A stretch of DNA of 64,000 nt from Pyrinomonadaceae bacterium (GCA_019694395.1 JAIBCC010000003.1:1-64000); one strand, 5' to 3'. Numbered from the stretch's first letter, positions 18,421 to 28,958 are shown. The notes: a model not told the origin generated them from the sequence alone. Program-made: numbers and translations.

Positions 18421-21168
18421 TTAACTCAACATCTTTTCAATCACGCCGTAACTAGCTTCGATAGCATCATTTAGCTTGCTCGAATCAGTTCCGCCACCTT
18501 CTGCCATATCGGGTTTGCCGCCGCCGCGCCCGCCGACGATTGGAGCGATTTCACGAACGATTTCGCCCGCTTTAACTTTGCCTGTTAAATCATCGGAAAC
18601 GCGAACGATGAACGAAACTTTTTCGTCTTCGGTGCGGGCGAGAATGACCACGCCGGATTTAATTTTTGCCATCAGAGTATCGGACAAATGACGCATTCCG
18701 CCTTTGTCCAATCCGTCAACCGTTTTGGCAACAACCTTTACGCCCGAAATTTCTTTGGCTTCGTCACCATTTGAAGCTGCGCCGCCGATTGCACCGGTGG
18801 CGATTTTCATCTTCAAATCGTCAATTTCTTTGCGCGTTTTCTTTAATTCTTCCTGCAATTTTTCAATCGCATTTGGTAAGTTATCGCGCTGAGTTTTCAA
18901 GACATTGAGCGAATCGGCAATCAATCGTTCATCTTCGCGGAAACGTGCAAAAGCGTCAAAGCCCGTAATTGCCCGAATTCGGCGAACGCCCGAAGCAATC
19001 GCTTCATCAGCCGTGATTTTGAACGAGCCGATGTCGCCTGTCGCGCGGACGTGTGTTCCGCCGCACAGCTCACGCGAAAATTCGCCGTTGCCGACTGATA
19101 AAACCCGAACTTTTTCGCCGTATTTTTCGCCGAAAAGTGCCATCGCGCCCGAACGCATCGCTTCTTCGATAGACATTAAATCCGTATTGACTGAATGATT
19201 CAGCAAAATTTCACGGTTGACCAGATCTTCCACCTCTTTAATTTCCGAATCGGAAAGCGGTTGATAATGCGTAAAGTCAAAACGCAAATAATTCGGTGCG
19301 ACAACTGAACCCGCCTGTTTAACGTGCGTTCCCAGAACTTCGCGCAAAGCAGCGTGAACAAGGTGTGTTGCCGTATGATTTCGCCGTGTCGCGTCACGTT
19401 TTTCAACGTCAACATTTGCTGAAACCACATCGCCGACTTTGACGCTGCCGCTTTCAACTTTCGCTTTGTGCAAACTGTATTCTTTGACAGGTGCGAAAGT
19501 ATCAAAAACTTTGATTTTGCCGTTGTTAAGCGTTCCTGTATCGCCGACCTGTCCGCCCGATTCTGCGTAAAAAGGCGTTTTGTCGAGAACAATTAAACCT
19601 TCATCGCCGGAGGTTAATTCGTTGACTTGTTCGCTATCTTTAACTAAAGCAAGGACTTTAGCATTATCAACGCTTGTGAAATCGTAGCCGACAAATTCGG
19701 TGCGAATATCAGAGCGTCTTTGCAAAGCCGCGTAAATCGGATTAATTTTTTCAGCTTGTTTGGTTTTGCCGATTTCAGATTTTTGCTGAATAAATTGAAC
19801 AGCTTTATCCAATTTTGCAATAAATAGTTCTTGATTATCGGTAAGATTATCAACAACCCCGTCTTGGTAAAAGTCACAAACAAATGCGCCGCGACTTTGA
19901 CTTACAACAAATATTAAGTCGGTTGGTAATCCATAAGTATCCTTTAAAGGAGCAAGTTCATGGATGAAAATATTGTCAGACTCGGAATTAATTTTTGAAT
20001 CAATTAACTCATTTAGTTTTTTCAACCCAACTGTCAATGTATTACCAAACCTTTTTTCCTCAAGTTGAACCATTTTGTCAATAAAGTCTTTTTGCGCTTC
20101 GAGTTCGGGATAAGCCTCTTTCATCTCATCAATCACGAATCCGCAGACTTTATGGAAAAACAAATCTCTGTCAAAACCGAGATGTTCACGTCCGTGATAG
20201 ATGGCGCGGCGCATAATTTTTCGCAAAACGTAGTTTCTGCCTTCATTTCCGGGCAAAATTCCGTCGGCAATCGCAAAAGCGGTTGAGCGGGCATGGTCAG
20301 CCACAACGCGCATCGCAAATCCTGCTTGCGTTTCGGCTTCGTAATATTTGTCAGCAAGCTGCGCTGTATAATCAATGATTGGTTTAATTAAATCCGTTTC
20401 GTAATTAGTTGAAACGCCTTGCAGAACAGCCGCCATTCTTTCTAAACCTGCGCCGGTATCAACTGATGGAGCAGGCAGCGGAGTGAGTTTAAAACCGCCT
20501 TGTCCGTCTTCGGAACGCTCGAACTGCATAAAGACGAGATTCCAGATTTCCATCGTCGTATCGCCTTCGCCGTTGACCCATTTCGGATGATTTTCTTCAG
20601 GATTATCAGGCTGGTCGCCCATATAATAATGGATTTCCGAACAAGGTCCGCACGGTCCCGTGTCGCCCATTTGCCAAAAATTATCCTTGCGTCCGAATGG
20701 CAAAACTCGTTCAGGTTTTGCGCCAACGGAAATCCATAAATCACGGGCTTCTTCGTCTGCCGGAACTTCCGTGTCGCCGCCGAAATACGAAAACCAGAGC
20801 CGCGCAGGTTCTAATTTGAGTTCGTTGACCAGAAAATCCCACGCAAATTTTATGGCATCTTCTTTGAAATAATCGCCAAATGAAAAATTGCCGAGCATTT
20901 CAAAAAACGTATGATGCCGCGCGGTTTTGCCGACTTCATCGAGGTCATTGTGTTTTCCCCCGGCGCGAATGCACTTTTGCGAAGACGCGGCACGAGTGTA
21001 ATCGCGTTTGTCCTGTCCGGTAAAAACGTCTTTGAATTGGTTCATTCCCGCATTGGTAAAAAGCAAGGTCGGATCATTTGCGGGAAGCAAAGGTGATGAA
21101 TGGACGATCTTATGTCCGTTTCGTTCAAAATATTCTAAAAATCTTTGTCTAATGTCGTTTCCAGTCAT
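18421..21168 (-). CDS. alaS: Alanine--tRNA ligase
   Basis: ORF of 915 aa with class-II AlaRS hallmarks: FTNAGMNQFK, GGKHNDLDEVG, the editing-domain HxxxH motif (RNHTATHLVHAAL) and CGGTHV. Confidence 0.95.
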   Translation of the reverse strand: MTGNDIRQRFLEYFERNGHKIVHSSPLLPANDPTLLFTNAGMNQFKDVFTGQDKRDYTRAASSQKCIRAGGKHNDLDEVGKTARHHTFFEMLGNFSFGDYFKEDAIKFAWDFLVNELKLEPARLWFSYFGGDTEVPADEEARDLWISVGAKPERVLPFGRKDNFWQMGDTGPCGPCSEIHYYMGDQPDNPEENHPKWVNGEGDTTMEIWNLVFMQFERSEDGQGGFKLTPLPAPSVDTGAGLERMAAVLQGVSTNYETDLIKPIIDYTAQLADKYYEAETQAGFAMRVVADHARSTAFAIADGILPGNEGRNYVLRKIMRRAIYHGREHLGFDRDLFFHKVCGFVIDEMKEAYPELEAQKDFIDKMVQLEEKRFGNTLTVGLKKLNELIDSKINSESDNIFIHELAPLKDTYGLPTDLIFVVSQSRGAFVCDFYQDGVVDNLTDNQELFIAKLDKAVQFIQQKSEIGKTKQAEKINPIYAALQRRSDIRTEFVGYDFTSVDNAKVLALVKDSEQVNELTSGDEGLIVLDKTPFYAESGGQVGDTGTLNNGKIKVFDTFAPVKEYSLHKAKVESGSVKVGDVVSANVDVEKRDATRRNHTATHLVHAALREVLGTHVKQAGSVVAPNYLRFDFTHYQPLSDSEIKEVEDLVNREILLNHSVNTDLMSIEEAMRSGAMALFGEKYGEKVRVLSVGNGEFSRELCGGTHVRATGDIGSFKITADEAIASGVRRIRAITGFDAFARFREDERLIADSLNVLKTQRDNLPNAIEKLQEELKKTRKEIDDLKMKIATGAIGGAASNGDEAKEISGVKVVAKTVDGLDKGGMRHLSDTLMAKIKSGVVILARTEDEKVSFIVRVSDDLTGKVKAGEIVREIAPIVGGRGGGKPDMAEGGGTDSSKLNDAIEASYGVIEKMLS

Positions 21169-21246
21169 AAAAGTATAAAAAATTTCCTAACAATCAAAAT
21201 TTAATTCTATCACGCAAAACTCTTTACCATAAAACGTCTTTATAGT

Positions 21247-21753
21247 ATGAAAATTAAACTTTTAACAATTTTAATCGGGATTTTAGTGGGCGGAACTATT
21301 AACCTTTCGGCGCAAAATGTTGAGAGAGCAGTAAGTGAGATTCGCGCAGAAGTTACAGCTATTAACAAAAACGCCAAGGGTTACGCGAAAAAAACTAAAG
21401 ATATTGAAGGTATTTCGGTCGAAGGCACACAAGCAACTTATTTTACCTCTGGCAGGGGCTTGCATAAAGTAACTGCTCAGATTTACGGCGAAACGTTCAG
21501 ATCTTCTCTTGAGCTTTATTTTCAAGGCGAAGATTTAATTTTTGCTTACGAAAAAACTAGCAAATATAACGGATCAATCGGAACAAATCCGCTAAAAGTT
21601 GTTAAAGTTGAAGAAAAACGTCTCTATTTTTCAAATGAAAAGATGATAAAGTTTTTATCAGGAAAAACCGCCGTTAAATCCCAAAGCGAAGACTGGCAGC
21701 AAGCCGAAAGCGAAATGCTTGATTTGGCTAAGACATTTAAAGACGCATACTAA
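21247..21753 (+). CDS. Secreted hypothetical protein (168 aa)
   Basis: Signal peptide MKIKLLTILIGILVGGTINLSAQ. No family recognised. Confidence 0.5.
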   Translation: MKIKLLTILIGILVGGTINLSAQNVERAVSEIRAEVTAINKNAKGYAKKTKDIEGISVEGTQATYFTSGRGLHKVTAQIYGETFRSSLELYFQGEDLIFAYEKTSKYNGSIGTNPLKVVKVEEKRLYFSNEKMIKFLSGKTAVKSQSEDWQQAESEMLDLAKTFKDAY

Positions 21754-21881
21754 TTTTTTCTCAAAACTACCAAACAATTTTAGTCAAAATGTATAAAAAG
21801 CTACTGAAAGTTTGACTTTTTTGCCTAAAATGAGATACTTATAAAGTAAGTGCTTACTTACTTTATAGAGGTAGTTAGTAA

Positions 21882-23351
21882 ATGAGCGAGCAAAGGGTAG
21901 AAAAACAAGCAAAAGAATGTGTTGAAAAGCAGGCAAGTAAAAACGGTAACCGCTTAAATTCCAATAAAATAGACGATAAAATACTGCACTCGGAGGTCCT
22001 TGCATCCGAAAATGAACCTGCTAAGGAAACGAAATCAAACGAAACACTTCCACCATCCAAAAAAAGGCGACTATCCTACATAATTCTTAGTGCGGTTGCC
22101 TTAGTTGCTATAATTGGCGGCTTACTTTACTGGATTTATTCCCGCCAGTTTGAATCAACCGATGATGCTTTTATCGAAGGCGATATAGTGCAAATCAGTC
22201 CGAAAGTTTCAGCATATATTTCTAAAATTTATGTCAAAAACAATCAGTTGGTTCATAAAGGCGACCTTTTGGTTGAGCTTGACCCAAAAGATTATGAAGC
22301 TAAGCTTGAACAGGCAAAAGCGCAGCTTCGCACTGCCCAGGCGCAACGAACGCAATCGTTAGCACAGGAAAATTTAACCCGTAAAACAACAGAAGCCAGC
22401 AAAAATCAAGCGAGTTCCAATGTTCAAACCGCTAAAAGTAATGTTGAGCAGACCAGAGCCGCAGCAGATGCAAAGCAATCACAGATCAGACAAGCCCAAA
22501 CCGCCGTTAAAACGGCACAGGCAAATCTGGCTCAAATCAGAACGCAAATTCCGCAGGCACAAGCCAATTTGGATTTAGCTCAAAAAGAATTTAATCGCCG
22601 CCAGACGCTTTACAATAACGGTGACATTTCCAAACAATCACTTGATCAGGCAACAACAGCTTTGCAAACGGCACAAGCGCAACTTGAAGCGGCGCGAAAA
22701 CAAGTCGAAGCGGCTCAGGCGCGAGTCGGCGAAGCACAGGCAAACGTAGTTACAGCACAGGAAAATTATCGTCAATCATTGGCGCAGGTCAATTTAACTC
22801 AATCTCAGGTTAATGAATCAGCAGGAAGATTGCAGGATGCCGAAGCCGCCCCTGAACGCATCGCCGTCAACCAATCGCAAATTGGAACCGCCGAAGCCAG
22901 TATCGAACAAGCCGAGGTTGCCGTTCATCAAGCCGAACTTGAACTTTCATACACCAAAATCTATGCGCCCGAAGACGGTTATGTTACCCGCAAAACCATT
23001 GAAGAAGGACAGATCGTTCAATCCGGCGCGGCTTTGATGGCAATTTCGATGTCGGATAGTGTTTGGGTAATAGCAAATTTTAAAGAAACACAACTTGAAT
23101 TGATGCGAGTCGGGCAGTCGGTAGAGATTAAAGTTGATGCCTATCCAAGCCAAACATTTCACGGCAGAATCGAAAGTTTTCAAGTCGGAACAGGTTCACG
23201 ATTCAGCCTTTTACCGCCGGAAAATGCGACCGGAAATTTTGTTAAAGTGGTGCAGCGGATTCCTGTCAAAATAGCTTTTGACGAAAAACCGGACAATGTT
23301 CACCTGCTTGCACCCGGGATGTCGGTCGAGCCAAGTGTCAAGGTTAGATAA
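21882..23351 (+). CDS. HlyD/EmrA-family membrane fusion protein
   Basis: ORF of 489 aa with an N-terminal TM, a long coiled-coil Q/A-rich region and biotin-lipoyl-like segments flanking it. It immediately precedes an EmrB-type MFS pump. Confidence 0.8.
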   Translation: MSEQRVEKQAKECVEKQASKNGNRLNSNKIDDKILHSEVLASENEPAKETKSNETLPPSKKRRLSYIILSAVALVAIIGGLLYWIYSRQFESTDDAFIEGDIVQISPKVSAYISKIYVKNNQLVHKGDLLVELDPKDYEAKLEQAKAQLRTAQAQRTQSLAQENLTRKTTEASKNQASSNVQTAKSNVEQTRAAADAKQSQIRQAQTAVKTAQANLAQIRTQIPQAQANLDLAQKEFNRRQTLYNNGDISKQSLDQATTALQTAQAQLEAARKQVEAAQARVGEAQANVVTAQENYRQSLAQVNLTQSQVNESAGRLQDAEAAPERIAVNQSQIGTAEASIEQAEVAVHQAELELSYTKIYAPEDGYVTRKTIEEGQIVQSGAALMAISMSDSVWVIANFKETQLELMRVGQSVEIKVDAYPSQTFHGRIESFQVGTGSRFSLLPPENATGNFVKVVQRIPVKIAFDEKPDNVHLLAPGMSVEPSVKVR

Positions 23352-23365
23352 GGCGGTAAAAAAAA

Positions 23366-24958
23366 GTGAGTGAGTTGAACGAGCAAGGGGAAGGAACAAT
23401 TGCGCCAGCCCAATGGAAACCAAGTTTCAATCCGTGGCTGGTCGCAATTTCAGTAATGTTGGCAACAGTGATGGAAGTCCTTGATACTTCTGTTGCCAAT
23501 GTCGCTTTACCGCATATTTCGGGAAATCTTTCCGCCACTACCGAAGAAGCCACCTGGGTTTTAACCAGCTATTTAATTTCAAACGCCATTATTCTTCCTG
23601 CCACAGGTTGGATCACGACTTTCATCGGACGCAAACGATTTTTAATTATCTGCATCATTATTTTTACCTTAGCTTCGGCATTGTGCGGGGCAGCACCGAA
23701 TCTGACAGTTTTAATTATCGCCAGAATTTTACAAGGGATGGGTGGCGGGGCTTTACAGCCGATTGCTCAATCTGTTTTGCTCGAAAGTTTTCCGCCCGAA
23801 AGACGCGGAGCGGCTATGGCACTTTACGGAATGGGTGTGGTAGTTGCGCCAATTATAGGTCCGACGCTGGGCGGCTGGATTACTGATAATTATTCGTGGC
23901 GTTGGATTTTTTATATCAATTTGCCAATCGGTGCGCTGGCAGCTTTTATGGCAAATGCTTTTGTTGAAGACCCGCCGTATATTAAAAATCAAAAACCAGG
24001 ACGCATTGATTACATCGGTTTCGGGTTAATGGCGTTAGGATTATCAGCTTTAGAATTAACACTGGATCTGGGACAGCAAAGAGACTGGTTTGAATCGTCA
24101 ACTATTGTGTTTACAACCTTTGTTGCTGTGGCTTCACTAATAATTTTTGTTATTTGGGAACTTTACACGCCTGAGCCGATTGTCAATCTGCGCGTTTTTC
24201 TTAATCGAAATTTTGCCGTCGGAACGATTTTAATTGCCTCGGTTGGAGTCGTGCTTTACGGATCAACTGCGCTTTTGCCGTTATTTTTGCAAACTTTGCT
24301 TGGTTATCCGGCGGTGGAAAGCGGAATGGCAGTCAGTCCGCGCGGAATTGGTTCAATAATTTCGATGATGATCGTCGGACGTTTGATCGGAAAAGTTGAC
24401 AGCCGATATTTGATTATGTTCGGTTTTGCTTTGCTTGGTTATTCAACCTATCTTTTTACCGGAATTAATCTTTATATTGCTCAAAGTAATGTTGTTATTC
24501 CGATGATTATCAGCGGTTTTGCGATGGGATTTGTTTTTGTGCCGCTGACGACGCTAACGATGGGAACGCTTTCCAATGCCGAAATCAGCAATGCCTCTGG
24601 AATTTATAATTTGATGCGAAATACCGGCGGAAGTCTCGGAATTGCGGCTATGACGACATTTTTAGCTCGTGGCGCACAAACTCATCAAGCTGTGCTTGCT
24701 GCAAATGCTGACGAATACAATCCTATGTTTCAACAAATGTTTGCACAGATAAAAAATTCACTGCTAGGACAAATGGACGTTGCTTCGGCAACTCAGCAAG
24801 CGTATCAAACGATTTACGGAATCGTCGTCAGACAAGCCGCCGTTTTAGCTTATATTGATAATTTTCGAATGCTTGCAGTGTTATGTTTTCTGGCTGTGCC
24901 AACCGCATTTTTATTTAAGCGAGTAAGAGGCGGAAAAGGCTCAGTTGCAGCACACTAA
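23366..24958 (+). CDS. DHA2-family MFS multidrug efflux permease (EmrB/QacA-like, 14 TMS)
   Basis: ORF of 530 aa with MFS motifs GxLaDrxGrkxxL (GRKRFLIICIII) and many TM helices. Start is 15 bp after the HlyD gene. Confidence 0.85.
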   Translation: MSELNEQGEGTIAPAQWKPSFNPWLVAISVMLATVMEVLDTSVANVALPHISGNLSATTEEATWVLTSYLISNAIILPATGWITTFIGRKRFLIICIIIFTLASALCGAAPNLTVLIIARILQGMGGGALQPIAQSVLLESFPPERRGAAMALYGMGVVVAPIIGPTLGGWITDNYSWRWIFYINLPIGALAAFMANAFVEDPPYIKNQKPGRIDYIGFGLMALGLSALELTLDLGQQRDWFESSTIVFTTFVAVASLIIFVIWELYTPEPIVNLRVFLNRNFAVGTILIASVGVVLYGSTALLPLFLQTLLGYPAVESGMAVSPRGIGSIISMMIVGRLIGKVDSRYLIMFGFALLGYSTYLFTGINLYIAQSNVVIPMIISGFAMGFVFVPLTTLTMGTLSNAEISNASGIYNLMRNTGGSLGIAAMTTFLARGAQTHQAVLAANADEYNPMFQQMFAQIKNSLLGQMDVASATQQAYQTIYGIVVRQAAVLAYIDNFRMLAVLCFLAVPTAFLFKRVRGGKGSVAAH

Positions 24959-24960
24959 GA

Positions 24961-25053
24961 AAAATTAGCCACAGAGCGCACAGAGGTCACTGAGATTTTT
25001 GGGGAAAATTTTAAAAAACTCTGAGTTCTCTGTGAACTCTGTGGCTAATTTTA
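24961..25053. terminator. About 90-bp near-perfect palindrome of tandem CACAGAG-type 9-mers between convergent genes (bidirectional terminator candidate)
   Basis: Left arm aaaattagccacagagcgcacagaggtcactgagattttt. Right arm aaaaactctgagttctctgtgaactctgtggctaatttt. The arms are reverse complements except for 4 to 5 positions. Confidence 0.6.
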
Positions 25054-25722
25054 ATCAGGAATGCTCCAATCAATTTCGGTTTGACCTGCTTCGCGCAAAT
25101 ACTGATTGATTTTTGAAAAAGGACGGCTGCCGAGAAAACCTGTTGCCAACGGTGAAGGATGTGCGCCTTGAACGATTTTGTGTTTTTCCGTATCAATTAA
25201 AGGAATTTTCTTTTGCGCGTGGCTTCCCCATAAAACAAAAACTACGGGTTCGTTTTTCTCACTGACGAGACTAATAATTTTGTCGGTAAAGGTTTCCCAT
25301 CCTTTATTTTTATGCGAATTTGACTGTCCTTCACGCACTGTCAAAACCACATTGAGCATCAAAATTCCCTGTTTTGCCCAAGCTGTTAAATTGGCGTGTT
25401 TGGGCGGTTCAACTCCTAAATCTTCTTTTAATTCTTTGTAAATATTGCGAAGCGACGGCGGAATTTTTGCCGATTTGTCTTCGACCGAAAAGCAGAGCCC
25501 ATGCGCCTGACCTTTGTTGATATAAGGGTCTTGTCCGAGCAGTAAAACCTTTGTGTCTTCGTAAGAAGTTAAGTCCAAAGCCGTGAAAATTTTCTCCTGC
25601 GGCGGATAAATGGTAAATTTTTCTTGCTCTTCGGCAACGAATTTTTCTAGTTTTTCAAAGTATGGTTTTTCTCTTTCTTCAGCGAGATGGTTTTGCCAAG
25701 AAGCAGGGATTTCAGGAATCAT
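25051..25722 (-). CDS. ung: Uracil-DNA glycosylase (family 1)
   Basis: ORF of 223 aa with the GQDPY motif and the HPSPL(A) C-terminal motif. Confidence 0.9.
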   Translation of the reverse strand: MIPEIPASWQNHLAEEREKPYFEKLEKFVAEEQEKFTIYPPQEKIFTALDLTSYEDTKVLLLGQDPYINKGQAHGLCFSVEDKSAKIPPSLRNIYKELKEDLGVEPPKHANLTAWAKQGILMLNVVLTVREGQSNSHKNKGWETFTDKIISLVSEKNEPVVFVLWGSHAQKKIPLIDTEKHKIVQGAHPSPLATGFLGSRPFSKINQYLREAGQTEIDWSIPD

Positions 25723-25761
25723 AATTTTTTATAAAGATAAATTTAGTTTGAAATAAAAAGT

Positions 25762-25838
25762 CTGCCCGCGAATCTACGCGAATTAACGCGAATTATTTTT
25801 CTTAAAATTCGCGCCGATTTGCGAAAATTAGCGGGCAA
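25762..25838 (-). terminator. Terminator hairpin after the flotillin gene (ACGCGAATT/GCCCGCGAA repeat-arm family)
   Basis: Arms ctgcccgcgaatctacgcgaattaacgcgaatt and aaattcgcgccgatttgcgaaaattagcgggcaa. On the minus strand the hairpin is followed by a T-rich run. Confidence 0.5.
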
Positions 25839-25850
25839 TTTCTTTAACGA

Positions 25851-28058
25851 TTAGCTTTTATTACCATTACTGCCGTTAGTAATTTCGGCTTTTTCGTTAT
25901 TCTTTTGCATTTGGTCACGGAAAAGATTGAGCAGCAGCAAAGTTCCGATGCCGCCGCCTTCGCCTGAACCGTTTCCGCCGGAAGCCATAATATCGGGCGT
26001 GATGCGAACACCTTTTTCTCCGATGACTTTCAGAGTTTCGACCAGAGCAACTCCGTTTGCACCGAGTGCGTTGACCTGTTCCCTGTAAGCCACACCTTGT
26101 GCTTCACCCATCAAGCGAACTTTTTCGGCTTCGGATTTACCGGTTTCCGAAATATAGTAGGCTTCGCCTTCGGCTTCCTTCTTGCGCTGTTCAGCGCGTT
26201 TTCCGGCAATTTCCACCCCGACCGTTGCTTCCATCAAGCTCTTCTGACTGTTGGCTTGCGAACTGGTTTTTTCGAGTTCGATACGTTTAACTTCGGCTTC
26301 ACGCTGAGCGTTATACATATTTTGTTTTTGTTCAGCCAAAATCTTTTCAGTCTGAGTTTTCATCAAATCTTCGGGTAGATGGATATGGCAGATCAGCACG
26401 TTCACCACGTCAACGTGATATTTCAAAAGGTGAATCCGCACACGGGCTTCAGCACGTTCCTGCTCTTCGTGACGATTTTGCAAATAAGCCATCGCCGAAC
26501 TTTCGGAGGCTTGGTTGCGGAAAATTGAGTCAATTAACGGGTGCATCACGTTTTGGATCAATTTATCCGTATTGCCGATTTTAGCAACCATGAACGGCGC
26601 ATCTTCTGGCTTGACGCGGAAAACTACACGAACTTCCAACTGCATCGTAAAACCGTCTTTAGAAATGACGGCAAACGGGTCAAAGGAATTTCCGATTTCT
26701 TCGGCTGTCCATTCGACGGTCATATTGGTCGTCGGAATCGTGATTGGCGTTGTTGCCAAAGTGTTGACGTAATATTTTCCGGGACCGACGACGGCTTCCT
26801 GAATACCGCGATAGCCTTGCGGAACAACATAAGCCTCGTGAGTTCCGCTATCCAGCCGTTTATCGGCGGGATCAGCGGAAAGGATTTCGGCTTTCAGTTG
26901 ATCAATTGGTTTTGAATCGCCGTCAACTTCATCAAGCTTGCGGGCAGCTAATGTTACTTGCTCTTCCTCTTCGCGTTCCAATCTTTCGCGCACCTTGCGA
27001 GCCATTTCTTCGCGAATTTCGTGCGTTGGATCTTTGCCGACGTTGGAAACGATAACCGCAACTTCACCGGGTTTGACCTCTTTGGCTGAATCGAGAATGA
27101 CCTTGAACATCAGCGGGTTAATGTAATAAGTTCCGGGCAGCAGAATATCTTTTTGCGGACCACGCTGACCACCATTGACGATAAAGGCGTGGCTGTCCTG
27201 AAAATTATCGTGTCCTTCAACAGGTTGAGCCACATAATCTTTCGGATCAAGCGGCGAACCATCGAGAGCTTCAACCAAACCAACTTGATTTTCGGTAATG
27301 ATGGTCGCGTCAAACAATCGAACCGTAAAAAGTCCAGGTCTTTGGTCATTCTGATTATTGAGTGCAAACGATTGGGTGTGAATACGATAAGTTCCCGGTG
27401 TCAGAGTTTCGACCTGCGGACCTTTTTGACCACCATTTTGCAGGAAACTTTCGGCATCCTGAAAGTTCTTATGACCCTGAATCGCTTTACCGTGAAGTCT
27501 GCCCGCATCAAGCTGGGTTCCGTCCGCCGAAGTCATTACACCGATTTTTCCGGGAGGAATAATTGTCGTTTTAGCAATCGAAACACGGAAAAGATACGGG
27601 TGAATCGCCCATTTTCCTGGAGGCAAAGTGCGAAGCTGAATACCTTTAACGCCGCCTTGCTTGATGAAAGCAATCGGGTCTTGGAAATTGTTGTGCGCGT
27701 TCTGGGCGCGGTCGGGCGCGAAGTTGCGTCCCATCGGCATCGGTTCGCCGTCAATTGCCTCAATTACGCCAAGTTCATCTGCACCAATTTCGACCAACGG
27801 AACTTTTTGAATGACGCGCTCAATCGGATACAAAACGAAATGCAGTCCGGGTTTGAGGACTTCGGCTTGAATCCCGATCTCTCCATCTGTTGCAACCACA
27901 CGACCTTGCGCCATTTTCGTTCCCATATATCGGCGTTCTTTGATTCCAACCTCGGTTGCGCCGATATTGACTAAAAATCGTGTAATGACATACCAAATTA
28001 GCACTAAAACGATGAGTGCTAACACACCCAAAACAATTAAAGCAGCAAAATTATCCAT
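25851..28058 (-). CDS. Flotillin / SPFH (band-7) family protein
   Basis: Long ORF with an N-terminal TM (MDNFAALIVLGVLALIVLVLIWYVI), an SPFH-like core and long coiled-coil regions rich in E, A and K. The six-frame ORF begins at a TTG at 28148. The first ATG at 28058 (MDNF...) is the more plausible start. Confidence 0.65.
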   Translation of the reverse strand: MDNFAALIVLGVLALIVLVLIWYVITRFLVNIGATEVGIKERRYMGTKMAQGRVVATDGEIGIQAEVLKPGLHFVLYPIERVIQKVPLVEIGADELGVIEAIDGEPMPMGRNFAPDRAQNAHNNFQDPIAFIKQGGVKGIQLRTLPPGKWAIHPYLFRVSIAKTTIIPPGKIGVMTSADGTQLDAGRLHGKAIQGHKNFQDAESFLQNGGQKGPQVETLTPGTYRIHTQSFALNNQNDQRPGLFTVRLFDATIITENQVGLVEALDGSPLDPKDYVAQPVEGHDNFQDSHAFIVNGGQRGPQKDILLPGTYYINPLMFKVILDSAKEVKPGEVAVIVSNVGKDPTHEIREEMARKVRERLEREEEEQVTLAARKLDEVDGDSKPIDQLKAEILSADPADKRLDSGTHEAYVVPQGYRGIQEAVVGPGKYYVNTLATTPITIPTTNMTVEWTAEEIGNSFDPFAVISKDGFTMQLEVRVVFRVKPEDAPFMVAKIGNTDKLIQNVMHPLIDSIFRNQASESSAMAYLQNRHEEQERAEARVRIHLLKYHVDVVNVLICHIHLPEDLMKTQTEKILAEQKQNMYNAQREAEVKRIELEKTSSQANSQKSLMEATVGVEIAGKRAEQRKKEAEGEAYYISETGKSEAEKVRLMGEAQGVAYREQVNALGANGVALVETLKVIGEKGVRITPDIMASGGNGSGEGGGIGTLLLLNLFRDQMQKNNEKAEITNGSNGNKS

Positions 28059-28182
28059 TGAAACTTCCTTTATTTTGACAAGCTGAGACTCTGAACACAG
28101 ATCGGTTGGCAGAAGCAGTCGGCAACGGCAGTTTTGAATTAAAACCAAGCTTTACCTTTTACCCTTTACCTTTTACCTGTTG

Positions 28183-28863
28183 TTACTTTCCTAAAATTTC
28201 GCGGCGCACGCTTGCCATTTTCTCCTTGAGTAAATAACCTGCGCCGGAAACTCTCGCCTCACTGGCGAGCAACCAGTAATGGCTGTCTAAAATTTCAATC
28301 AGCTTTTCATCTGAAATTTCGTTCAGCCGTTTTTCGTTCCATATTTCTTTAGTCGTCTCAAGAGTTTGTAAAAAAATCTCCGCAGAATTGGTTAGTGCCG
28401 ACAAATGCACAAATTTGAGCAGATTATCCAAATTCGGGGTTTCCGAAAGTTTCTTCGCGGATAATTCAACCAAACCGACATTTGACGGTAAACCGTTTCG
28501 CGTCACAAAATTAGCCAATCCATCGGCATCGCGCTGTAACAAAATCTGAAACACTTCATCATAGAGACGAGCGCTGCCGTAAACTTTTGCTTCCAAAAGC
28601 GAATTAAAATCCGATTCTTCGGTGCGGCGCAACAGATTTTGGCGAAGTTCGTTTTGGCGTTCAGCCAATTCTTTTTCGTCTTGTTCTTTTTGCCATTCAC
28701 GCAATTCTTCTTCGTCCGGTGCAAAAAGACTTCGATATTGTGGCGGGGGATTAAATGAATCTTGTGGTTGAGTTGGTGGTAATTCCTTTCGGCGGCTCAC
28801 CAAAAAAACGATTGAGGCGGCGGTTGCCGAAACTATTACTAAAAATAAAAAGAGAATAATCAT
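28183..28863 (-). CDS. Membrane-anchored hypothetical protein (226 aa) downstream of flotillin
   Basis: N-terminal TM helix and a charged coiled-coil-like middle. Probably in an operon with the flotillin gene. Confidence 0.5.
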   Translation of the reverse strand: MIILFLFLVIVSATAASIVFLVSRRKELPPTQPQDSFNPPPQYRSLFAPDEEELREWQKEQDEKELAERQNELRQNLLRRTEESDFNSLLEAKVYGSARLYDEVFQILLQRDADGLANFVTRNGLPSNVGLVELSAKKLSETPNLDNLLKFVHLSALTNSAEIFLQTLETTKEIWNEKRLNEISDEKLIEILDSHYWLLASEARVSGAGYLLKEKMASVRREILGK

Positions 28864-28958
28864 CTCCGCAAAAGCAAACGCTGAAGCGAAAACTACTTAA
28901 AAACCTTCCGAGCGTTGCCCTCTTATTTTGATAATACGATGACAGTCTAAATTAAGTT

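Noticed and set aside
26938-27974. Antisense ORFs (up to 273 aa) inside the flotillin gene, and similar antisense ORFs inside secA (35111-37856), alaS (18476-21096) and the kinase (48253-54312)
   Set aside because: All lie fully within and opposite to strongly supported conserved genes. They have skewed, low-complexity, Arg/Ser-rich composition typical of shadow ORFs.
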